From NCBI GenBank assembly GCA_028534125.1, contig CM052817.1, positions 51,214,001 through 51,278,000 of the forward strand: a stretch of 64,000 nt of DNA. The letters are read 5' to 3'. Within the stretch, counting starts at the first letter, position 1, and the number at the start of each line of letters is the position of its first letter. Under the pieces are notes generated by a model. It ran no database searches and was not told where the DNA came from. It saw nothing but the letters and a program-made list of their open reading frames with translations. Shown piece after piece: positions 28,151 to 38,294 of the stretch. Source of the stretch: Lama glama (lineage: Eukaryota). The translations under genes and the position numbers were made by a program.

Positions 28151-28544
28151 ATATCATAAAAATATGACATACTAACATTACATTTTTATTGTTATAATCC
28201 AATATGGTAAGTTTAAATCTACATAGCTAGAGAAGTATTGCACTTCTTTGTAAAGCTACATTACAAATGGAAATCATGCCTATATATTTTGTTTTATGTA
28301 ATGTAAGACGTTATTATTTTAGGTACCACTAAGAAAGAATAAAGTGCTGCCAGTTAAAATATAATCCCATTATTTCTTATCACTTCAGAATTTTTGCTTT
28401 TGTTTGTTTTTATCTTACTAAGACAATTCTTTTACAATTACATAGACACCTATCTTCACCATATGATTAATCATTTTGTTCAATTCTACAAACACAATAA
28501 ACTTTGTTTTAAATGTCAAAATATGCTTCTAAATTTTGAAGACC

Positions 28545-28800
28545 TTAAATTTGTTACTATGGAATATTTTGAATATATACAAGAGTAGAGAGATAATTAT
28601 AATGAATTTCGACGCATCCTTCACTCAGATTCATTATCTATGAAGTTTCTCATACCTTCATTCAATTCCCCCCTCCTTACTAGAATATTTAAAGTAGATC
28701 ATATAGCCAGTTCAATATATGTGTAGTTCAGTGTATATCTCTAAAATATACCTTTGAGATATTTAATACACAATACTATTATCACAACTGAAACAAAAGT
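28545..28800 (-). mobile_element. Old L1M 3' end remnant
   Basis: ttactatggaatattttgaatatatacaagagtagagagataattataatgaa resembles a reverse L1MC/ME 3' terminus. Confidence 0.5.
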
Positions 28801-28929
28801 GTAAATCCAATGTTACCAAATTTCTAGATCGTGTGGAAAGATGTTTTAAATGCCAATTAAATTTAAAAATTCAATAGTATAAGTAACAAAATGAACTCAA
28901 ATAAGGTAAAAATAATAGTTTCAATAAAT

Positions 28930-29066
28930 ATCTTTAAGCTTATACACATGTAGACAAAGACATCTATATCATAAATGCTGTCTGCACGAAATGTATTTAA
29001 GTTGTATATCAATTCCAGAGATGTTAAAGTGTACGGATGTGCTTCTTAAAATATGAAATCTGATGT
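28930..29066. mobile_element. Possible TcMar DNA-transposon remnant (MER104-like)
   Basis: ttccagagatgttaaagtgtacggatgtgcttcttaaaatatgaaatc resembles the recalled MER104 end. Confidence 0.35.
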
Positions 29067-29481
29067 AAGTATATTAATTCTTTTTTCTCTTCCCCATATC
29101 ATTTGTGACATTCTGAGATTATGTCACAATATTTTTATAATGAATGAATAAACTATGAACCCTCCAAGGATAGATTCATTGGCTTAGCATTGTTTTAAAT
29201 AGCTTCGTTTCAGGTATTTGATGTTCATTTTTAATATTCCAAAGTTTCATATTCCAAAATGTACTAATATTTCATCATCATCTCTGCAGGATCAAAACTA
29301 CCATTATTCATAGTTCACCAAGATACTGGAATAGTTCTAAGGTAATGAAACCAGTTAGGCATCTTTTATGCTTGGTACAAATACAGTATTTTCAATTATC
29401 TTCCAACAAATCCTCTCAGTGAACGCCATCTCACAAAAGCAAGTATAGGCAAACTTCCTCAGCAATGTTATTTTGGCAGAT

Positions 29482-30160
29482 ATCGTCAATCAGCTGACTC
29501 AGTGTTCATTCCAACCTCTTCCTAATTCACATTTTACACTACAGAGGCCAGATGCTAGAAAATTTATAACTCCATTTATAGATATGTTTGAAGTTTCACC
29601 CATCAAATTCATCTGCAAAATATTTGGAAAGCAGAAATAGAACACTGGGAGGTAGAACCTGGCCTAACATCTGCTGCTTTTGCTGTTTCCTCTGGCAATT
29701 GCATCTCTGACAGCATTTCCCTCCTTTTTCCCCCTCCCCCGTCCTGCCCAGCAGTTATTTCAGAGGTCTTAGTGCCCATTCCCTGCTTTCAAGGGCACAG
29801 GCGATACTGTGTGAGCATTTATTTTGCTGCCGCACGTTGGAGCAGAAGAGGCATCGTTCTGGAGCTGGAAACTGTACCAGTATTTTCCCATTTTAGCACA
29901 TGCCTTCCTGCTAATGGCAGGAGTAGCATGCTGCTATGTTGAGAACTTTCTGATTCTACCCTTTCGTGGCAGTTCTAGAGGCAGTAAAAATATTGGCAGC
30001 ACAGAACTACAGTGTGACTTGGACATCTTTTTGGAAGATCTGTTTGTAGTATGTCTTTTCAGCTCACTCATATGTTTTTACAAGCTTGGTAATGCCATTA
30101 TAATAAATCACATTTTATTTAAAGTAGAGTGGATTCTCTGTAATTGTATCCACTAATGCA
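29482..30160 (+). mobile_element. ERVL solo LTR (LTR41-like)
   Basis: Begins tcagctgactcagtgttcattccaacc...cagaggccagatgctagaaa and ends aataaatcac...aagtagagtggattct. Confidence 0.7.
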
Positions 30161-30984
30161 CTATTCTTGTGTGTGCCATATAATAAATATGACATATAAT
30201 ATTCAGGTATTTCTTACCCCTGAATTATACTATTTTAGATTCAGGAGGTCACAGAGAATAACAGAGAAAATCTATCTATTTAGGATGCTTATTAGCTCAT
30301 CTCATCTTCGTCAAATCTTTAGATACAAATAAATCCATACCAAACAGCCAGCAGACTCACAGCCAGGACAGAATACCTGAATCCATGTTTTAGTCTTAAC
30401 CTCATTGTGCAGGGCAAAGGTCTCCATCAATGTGAGTTTTCAATGTGCCCAATGCTATTTTTCAGTGTTTATTTTGAGTCAGTTATTTAGCATTTCCTTG
30501 AGCTTCTATTTTCCCATTTATAAAATAGAGACAACAGTATTGAAGACATATAGTAATTGGCAGGGTTTATGGAACTTTTACACATGCTGACCTTGGTAAA
30601 ATATTTGTTTTGGTGGTGCTGGTGCTACTGATCACGGTGGTTGTGATTCTCCGAGCTGTGGTTGTTGAAATTTTTACAAATACTAAATAGAGCAAGAGTC
30701 TCTAAGTGAAATCAAATACTGCAGAAAATTGCCTTTTGCTACAAATTTCAATCCCATAATATTATATGGGTTATATGTAATTATTTATAACACAGATATA
30801 AATATCTTTATATATTCAAAATGAACATTAACATTAATTACCAAAAATGTGGAGAATGAATGAAATTCTTATTAGTTCATTGTAATGTGAAATATTTCAA
30901 GCAAGCTTTGATACTGAACAAAGATTAAACACCTAGACACATAAAGGCAATATGGAATATCTAACACATAATATTTTCTTATCT

Positions 30985-31410
30985 TTTATTATTGACACTT
31001 ACCATGAAATCTACCCTCTTAAATTGTTAAGTGAACAATACAGTAATATTAACCATAGGCACAATGTTGTATAGTAGATCTCCAGAACTTACTCATCTTT
31101 TATAATCGTAACTTTTTATCTGTTGACCAGCAACTCCTCATTTCCCTCCCAGACTTCTCTCTAAGAGTTTGACTATATCAGATGTTTCATATAAGTGGCA
31201 TCATGTAGTATTTGTCCCATAACTGGCTTATTTTGTTAACCCTAAAGCCTTCAAGATTCATCCACTTTGTAGTATAAGACACAGTTTCCTTTGTTTTTAA
31301 TGTTGCATGCTATTTTTTTTGTATATGTCACATTTTCTTTATCCACTCATCCATCAATAGACATTTTGGTTGTTTCCACATCTTGGCTATTGTGAATGAT
31401 GTTGCAAACA
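30985..31410 (-). mobile_element. L1MA/L1MB-type 3' end
   Basis: aaccataggcacaatgttgtatagtagatctccagaacttactcatc and tttatccactcatccatcaatagacattttggttgtttccacatcttggctattgtgaat. Confidence 0.92.
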
Positions 31411-31939
31411 TCACAATATTTTTTAAATAGAAAGATTTTAGGAAAAACAAAGTCCTTGAGTTAGAATAACTTTAAGAGTTGGATGTACTTGTGAAAAACA
31501 AATTAGATATATGTATATTATAAAACCACAGTCTTATACTTTCATTTATTAAAAAACTTTAAATGAACTTTATACTTTGATTTGCTTTAATTTTATTTAA
31601 ATCTTTGCTGAACTGTAAAAGTATAAAATGGAACATATGTTGTATTAATTTGAGTTAAATATTTGTAAAGTTTTATATTTTGATAATGATAATGATTTAA
31701 TTTGCCACATCAAAATCATATTATTCAATTACCTTGTTAAATTATACAGCACATATTCCATTGAAACCCTATTTGATCACTTAAAATCAATACTATATAA
31801 AATATTAATAAATATTTTAAAATAATTTAAAACATTCATAACCTTCCAATCTAAACCTTATCTCTAGTTTTATAGATTGCCATTCAATCTTACTCTATAT
31901 ATATGCTCAGTTAAAGGTATTTGGGCTCATTTTATGCAT

Positions 31940-32430
31940 GCCTTTATGTTTTTGATTGCTTTTTCTTTAATATCATAATATTAAAGGAGTATTATTACAA
32001 TATAGTCTAAATAACCACAAACTTTAATGGCTGACCAGTGGCATCACACATACATCACAGTTTAATAAACTACTTCTTGAATTTATAATTAATAGGAAAA
32101 AATGTCATGTGTACTTTTATGAGTGAGGTTTTTGTTTCTGTTTTTCTTTTTGTTTTGACTTTGGTTCAGTTATCTTTTAACTTTTGGTTAATTTGGTTCA
32201 ATTATCTTTTAACTTACATTTCTGAGAATGGGATTTCTGGGCCAAAGATAAGGCTACCTATGCAGTTACATCTATGAGTTTCATATCACCTTTCTGTTTT
32301 TATAATGTTTTCAAAAAGTCATCAACAGTATAAGAATGTACCACTTTAAGCACAGCCTGACACATTTGCAGTTATCACTTTCTCTCCCCTGATTTAGTAG
32401 ACAAAGAAATGGACATAATCATTTTTTTAT
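31940..32430 (-). mobile_element. Degenerate L1ME-like 3' fragment
   Basis: gaatgggatttctgggccaaag and catcaacagtataagaatgtacc reverse L1 motifs. Confidence 0.5.
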
Positions 32431-33169
32431 CTTTTAAAGTATACCTACTTTAGCCAAATACTCTATTCTAATATCTATCATTTTCTTAGCAAGAAAATTT
32501 TACTGCATTATGACGCTGTCAGCATTTGCATTTAAATAACATGATAGCTTAGAGTGAATTTAATAGAGCAGTATTTTCATTGCATGATTGAAAATGCTTA
32601 CCCTGTAACTGTAGATGTCTTTACAGAAAAAAATAAGTCAGTACAATGAAAAACTAATAAATCTGCCAAAATTAAACATTGACCAGACATGCCTGCAAAC
32701 AAAAACCTGGGAAATTTGAACATATGCTGAATAGATCAGCATATTGGGAAGGGCGATTCACATAGAAATTGTCCCATGGCTGCTGGATAATATTTCACAT
32801 CAACAAAAACATGCAGGGAACTCAGAAAGTTAAATAGCTATAATGGCAATGAAAAGAGGAAAATGTTGAAATAATCTTTATAAATGTTAATGAAAATAAT
32901 TATCCCTCAAACATATTATTATATTTGATCCTATAAAATCTATAAACATATTAAGAGGACAATAGAATTTTGAGCATTAAGCAGCATGAGGTTTATTAAG
33001 AACAGACATGTCACAGAAGCTTAATAGCTTCTTTTGATTTATTGTTAATTACAAAATTAAGGCATGCTGTGAATAGTCTCTAACTTCAATATTTGGACTC
33101 TAATAAGTATTTTAGATTACTGTTTTTAAAGTACACTTTACCAGTTTACCTTCTAATACGTTACTGTTA

Positions 33170-33300
33170 TGAAGCATGTCAGAAGCTAGATATTGTCATT
33201 ACCCTATTCTATTGAGTAGAGACTGAGATAAAGGTTAAGTAATATTTTGTTAGACTAGCCAGGAGATTAGTTGGGGCAGATATAGGATTTTTATCAATTT
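33170..33300 (-). mobile_element. MIR fragment
   Basis: attaccctattct...gagactgagataaaggttaagtaa. Confidence 0.5.
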
Positions 33301-33779
33301 GATTACTGCGTATCATCAGTGTCAATTCATTAAAATAATTTCATTTCATTTGTAATAATAATTTTCAAGCAACAATAAATAAAAATAGATAGATGGAAAG
33401 TACTGAAATCTGAGTAGGCATCCATATATACAGAAAGACTAATATAGATCAATACTGTAAAATATTAATTAAATGAGAAATTAAACATGTATAGAAAGTA
33501 TAGTTTAATTTAACCTTTTCAGATAAATAATAAGAAATTGGTCAAATTTCAAGTGTGACTCCAGCAAAGAACATACAGATTTTACAGACATTCTGTGCTT
33601 TGTTAAGAAAGTAGTTTTAGTGTCATTTCAAAGCACTGAACATTATTATATTCAAGTTTGTTTTGAAGAATAACATTCTTCAAATTTATTACAATATACA
33701 TATTTAGACTTGATACATTTTACATATTATATTGAAAGGAAAGGTAGAAACTTACAGAACTCTTTAAGCTAAACACAAA

Positions 33780-34180
33780 ACATCTACAAATTATTTCACT
33801 TCCTTGCTGAAAGCTCTCCAGGGGTTTTCCCTATATAACCTATACCACTTTCAGTATATGGCCACAGCTTATGTCTCTAAATTCATTTCATATCAATCTC
33901 CACTTGGCATAGCTTACTCCACTGTTGGCTCCCTGCTCTCTTACCTATCCAGCTATTTTTTCCCCAGGGTATTTTCACGTATTGTTTCTTCTTTCGCCAA
34001 TCTTTGTTCAGACATTTGCATGACTCACTGTATCATTTCACTGGAGTCAGTGCTAATATATTTCTTCCTTTTAAAGCTTTTCCCTGAGCACCATTTCTTT
34101 AATAGCACCTTCGCTGTCTGTCACTCTTTATCCCCATTAGCATGTAGCAAGTAACCCATTAATATTTGATGAATAAGTGT
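33780..34180 (+). mobile_element. L2 3' fragment
   Basis: cacttccttgctgaaagctctccagggg...tttgcatgactcact...attaatatttgatgaataagtg. Confidence 0.65.
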
Positions 34181-34279
34181 ATGAAGGAATTCCAGTTTTT
34201 CAGCTACAGAGTGAATCTGTTACAATAGGTGGTTTCTAGAGTTCTCTATTTATACCTTATCATAAAAATAAAGTTGCTA

Positions 34280-34500
34280 CCATTCACACTGAATGTCTAC
34301 CATATGCTATATACTTTCATATTTAAAACTTATAATACACTTGTAAGTAGATAATTTTTATTCTCCCCATCTCACATATGAGCAAACTAAAGTTTAAAAG
34401 GGGGAACTACATGGCTCAGCAACACAATACTCATAAATAAAAGAACTGGAATTCAAATTTAGGCTCACTATACTGCAAAGCTAATAAAGTTTATGCTACT
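34280..34500 (-). mobile_element. MIR SINE
   Basis: ccccatctcacatatgagcaaactaaagttt...gaactggaattcaaatttagg. Confidence 0.7.
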
Positions 34501-34867
34501 GAGGATTTTAAACATAGTCTTATTTCAAAAGACTTATGTGGAAGCTGAGGTGTGAAAGACTGCTCTAATAAAATCAAGATGGCCCTAACTGCAGCAAAAG
34601 AAGGGAGACTCACAGTGACATTTCAACAAATTACTTCCCTCTCCCTTCAAAGGAAGCTCCTAGAAGCACAGTTTGAAGAACAATGTGCTACTCAACACTG
34701 ACTCTCAAACATTAACTAGGAAACACTGGTTGCAACTATTTCCTGTAGGCTTTACATAGCTCATCTTATGTTTTTCCAAGAGCAACTCATAAATGTAAAC
34801 TCTCTGGAAATACATCTACCAAACAAATACTGAGAGAATTTAGAGTTCCCAAATTACTGGAGCAGTA

Positions 34868-35900
34868 AAATGGGTCCATGGATTGGAAAGCTCAATAATT
34901 AAATATGTGTATGTATATGTTATGTATATGTTACATGAGATTGTATGTTATATGCATGTGTTATAGGAGACTATATGTTATATGAGTTCTCAAATTACTG
35001 GAGCAGTAAAGCTCAATAATTAAGTATGTATATGTATATGTTATATATATTCTCTTAAAAAATCTATTAGTCTATATATCAATATAATATTAATCAAAAT
35101 ATTATTTTATATATAATTAAGAATTATAAACTATATAGGGAAAGATAGAGTCAAATATAACTTGGTAAAATAATATTTAAAAAAGACAATGTGGGAGGTC
35201 TCGCATTAACAGTTATCAAAATTGTAGTAATAAGAGTGTCTTGTTTTCATAGAATGATAGACAGAGGAATCCTTGGATCAAAACAGAATGCCCAGAAACA
35301 AGTCTGAACACTTATGGATCCTTTGTTTATAGCAAAGTTAGCACTTCAAAGCACTGGTCTTCCTAATTAATGGTGCCAGTGGAAGGATATAGAAATACTC
35401 ATGATCTTACTGAACTAAAATATTCATAAAAATGAATTCCAGGTGGACTGCTGATCTGAATGCAAATAGCAAAGCAGTAATACTTTGAGAAGATTATATA
35501 GGATGACTCCATGATTATCCTGTTGCAGAACATAATTTCTTAAAATAAGAACTAAAGCACAAAAGAAATAAAACTCTTACTGTAAATTGTACTACATTAA
35601 AAGTAAGCATCTCCTTCCAGCAAACAGTATCACATGAAAGCAAAACCAATGTGTCAACAATAACAACAAAAAAGAGCAGAGCTCTTACACATATCAAGAG
35701 ATAAGATTATACACATTTTTTCTTAAGACAGACATCCCTTAACAATAAACAAGACTAGGAATAGGAACTTTCAAATAAAGTATACCCAAGTAACCAACAA
35801 ATATATTATAAAGAGTGCAATTGTGTAACTAATTTAAGGAATGTAAATAAAAACACAATGAAATAAAATTCTGCCTATAGCCACAATGGATTAAATGAGA
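34868..35900 (+). mobile_element. Ancient L1 ORF2 remnant
   Basis: ccatggattggaaagctcaata (SWIGRLNI-like), aaagacaatgtgggaggtctcgcatta, acagaatgcccagaaacaag, aatgaattccaggtggact. Confidence 0.7.
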
Positions 35901-35909
35901 ACTGATTTA

Positions 35910-36436
35910 ACTTTCAATTAGAAAAAAACAGAAAACTATACAAAATATGTAAGCTAGTGGTTTTCAGTTATTAGATAGCTGAGGAGAAATAAATTATATG
36001 AACTCTTTAATTTTCTAGCTTTTCAACGTACATTAATTTCTGATTTATATTCCCAATTCTGGTGCAAGGAAAGATATCTCAAGCAGAGAGGACTGGTCTT
36101 AGGGACTTGAAGCAACAGAGATAAGGATTTGATAAAGAAGTGGATTAAACTTGTGGGGCAGAATATTAAATAGGTGCACAGAGAAAAGTCCATAAAGTCC
36201 CATTTATCCACATGAATAGGGTGAAACTTCATGAGGCAAAAAAATAGAAACTAAGAAACTGTAAGCTGGACAAATCCCAGTACTCACTCAGGACTGGGAG
36301 ATGTTTGGCTAATAACAAGCTAGAGTGGAATGATCTTGTGGAATAGTCAAGCCTTCAGTGAAGACTGCTAGGATGTCAAACCTTAGGTGTGGGGTTAACC
36401 AGAACTATAGGAAAAGATATTCTAAAAATGTTCTTT
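35910..36436 (+). mobile_element. Old L1M 5' region remnant
   Basis: Resembles recalled L1M 5' ends (gtggttttcagttattaga...caagcagagaggactggtctt...gccttcagtgaagac...ccttaggtgtgggg). Confidence 0.45.
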
Positions 36437-36448
36437 AAAAACCTTATA

Positions 36449-37681
36449 TGAAGAGAGTAAAGACAGTCTCTTCAAGACCTAGAATTGCCAAAGCATTACT
36501 GAAGAGAAAGAGCCTGGAGGAATAACTCTCCCAGACTTCAGACAATACTATAGAGCTACAGTCATCAAGACAGCATGGTATTGGTACAAAAACAGACATA
36601 TAGACCAATGGAACAGAATAGAGAGTCCAGAAATGAACCCACAAACTTTTGGTCAACTAATCTTCAACAAAGGAGGCAAGAATATACAATGGAATAAAGA
36701 CAGTCTCATGAGCAAATGGTGTTGGGAAAACTGGACAGCAGCATGTAAAACAATGAANNNNNNNNNNNNNNNNNNNNNNNNNNNNNNNNNNNNNNNNNNN
36801 NNNNNNNNNNNNNNNNNNNNNNNNNNNNNNNNNNNNNNNNNNNNNNNNNNNNNNNNNNNNNNNNNNNNNNNNNNNNNNNNNNNNNNNNNNNNNNNNNNNN
36901 NNNNNNNNNNNNNNNNNNNNNNNNNNNNNNNNNNNNNNNNNNNNNNNNNNNNNNNNNNNNNNNNNNNNNNNNNNNNNNNNNNNNNNNNNNNNNNNNNNNN
37001 NNNNNNNNNNNNNNNNNNNNNNNNNNNNNNNNNNNNNNNNNNNNNNNNNNNNNNNNNNNNNNNNNNNNNNNNNNNNNNNNNNNNNNNNNNNNNNNNNNNN
37101 NNNNNNNNNNNNNNNNNNNNNNNNNNNNNNNNNNNNNNNNNNNNNNNNNNNNNNNNNNNNNNNNNNNNNNNNNNNNNNNNNNNNNNNNNNNNNNNNNNNN
37201 NNNNNNNNNNNNNNNNNNNNNNNNNNNNNNNNNNNNNNNNNNNNNNNNNNNNNNNNNGTCCATCAACAGGTGACTGGATAAAGAAGATGTGGTATATTTA
37301 TACAATGGAATACTACTCAGCCATAAAAACCGACAACATAATGCCATTTGCAGCAACATGGATGATCCTAGAGAATGTCACTCTAAGTGAAGTAAGCCAG
37401 AAAGAGAAAGAAAAATACCATATGAGATCGCTCATATGTGGAATCTAAAAAACAAAAACAAACAAAAACAAAGCATAAATACAGGACAGAAATAGACTCA
37501 TGGACAGAGAATACAGACTTGTGGTTACCGGGGGGGGGGGGTGTAGAGGGTGGGAAGGGATAGACTGGGATTTCAAAATTGTAGAATAGATAAACAAGAT
37601 TACGCTGTATAGCACAGGGAAATATACACAAAATGTTATGATAAATCAGAGAAAAAAATTAATTCAATGAAAACTAAAAAA
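36449..37681 (+). mobile_element. Young 5'-truncated L1 (ORF2 3' third plus 3' UTR) spanning the assembly gap
   Basis: ORF track reads [32 protein letters not shown] before the gap and WIKKMWYIYTMEYYSAIK...EKEKYHMRSLICGI* after it. Then 3' UTR and A tail. Candidate TSD aaaaa(c/t)cttata at 36437-36448 and 37682-37693. Confidence 0.95.
36758..37257. other. Assembly gap (500 N)
   Basis: Run of N read directly. Confidence 1.
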
Positions 37682-37687
37682 AAAAAT

Positions 37688-37902
37688 CTTATAAACTTTT
37701 GCACAGCAAAGGAAACCATAAGCAAAACAAAAAGACAACCTACAGAACGGGAGAAAATATTTTCAAAAGATGAGACCAACAAGGGCTTACTCTCCAAAAT
37801 ATATAAACAGCACATACAGCTTAATAACAACAACAAACACCTAATCCAAAAATGGGGAGACGACCTAAACAGGCAATACTCCAGTGAACACATACGAATG
37901 GT
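37688..37902 (+). mobile_element. Isolated internal L1 ORF2 fragment without 3' end
   Basis: Translates FCTAKETISKTKRQPTEREKIF...GLLSKIYKQ...IQKWGDDLNR. Homologous to about 128-355 of this window. Confidence 0.92.
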
Positions 37903-37944
37903 AAGTTTTCGATTCACAGCAAAATTGAGAAAAACAAACTTATG

Positions 37945-38290
37945 GAGAGAGAGAGATGAATAGGTGGAGGACAGAGTATTTAGGGTAGTGAAAAACTCTG
38001 CATGATACTAAAATGACAGCTACATGTAATTATATGTTTGTCTAAAGCAACAGAATGTACAGCACCCAAAATGAACTTTAATGTAACTATGGACTTGGAG
38101 TGATAATACTGTGTAAATGTTAGTTCATTAATTATAACAAATGTACCACTCTGGTGGGGAATATTACTAATGGGTGAGATTATGCATGTGAGGGTATAAG
38201 GAATATAGAGAAAATCTCTGTATCTCCCTCTCAATTTTGCTGTGAACTTAAAACTGCTCTAAAAATAAAATCTTAATTTAAAAAAAAATA
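37945..38290 (+). mobile_element. L1MC1/2-like 3' end
   Basis: gatgaataggtggaggacagag...aacaaatgtaccactctggtgggg...ctcaattttgctgtgaacttaaaactgctctaaaaataaa. Confidence 0.88.
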
Positions 38291-38294
38291 GTAT

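Noticed and set aside
29103..29129. 9-bp stem hairpin ttgtgacat...atgtcacaa
   Set aside because: Expected by chance in AT-rich DNA and too short for a pre-miRNA.
29290..29341. Peptide LFIVHQDTGIV resembling a cadherin-repeat motif
   Set aside because: Too short, with no neighbouring cadherin-like exons. Likely chance.
34505..34690. Possible hAT/Charlie remnant ending agcacagtttgaagaacaatg
   Set aside because: Only one TIR-like end is visible, so I cannot support a call.
36633..37448. Longest ORF in the track (271 aa) and its antisense partner
   Set aside because: The length comes from reading through 500 N. The real parts are L1 ORF2.
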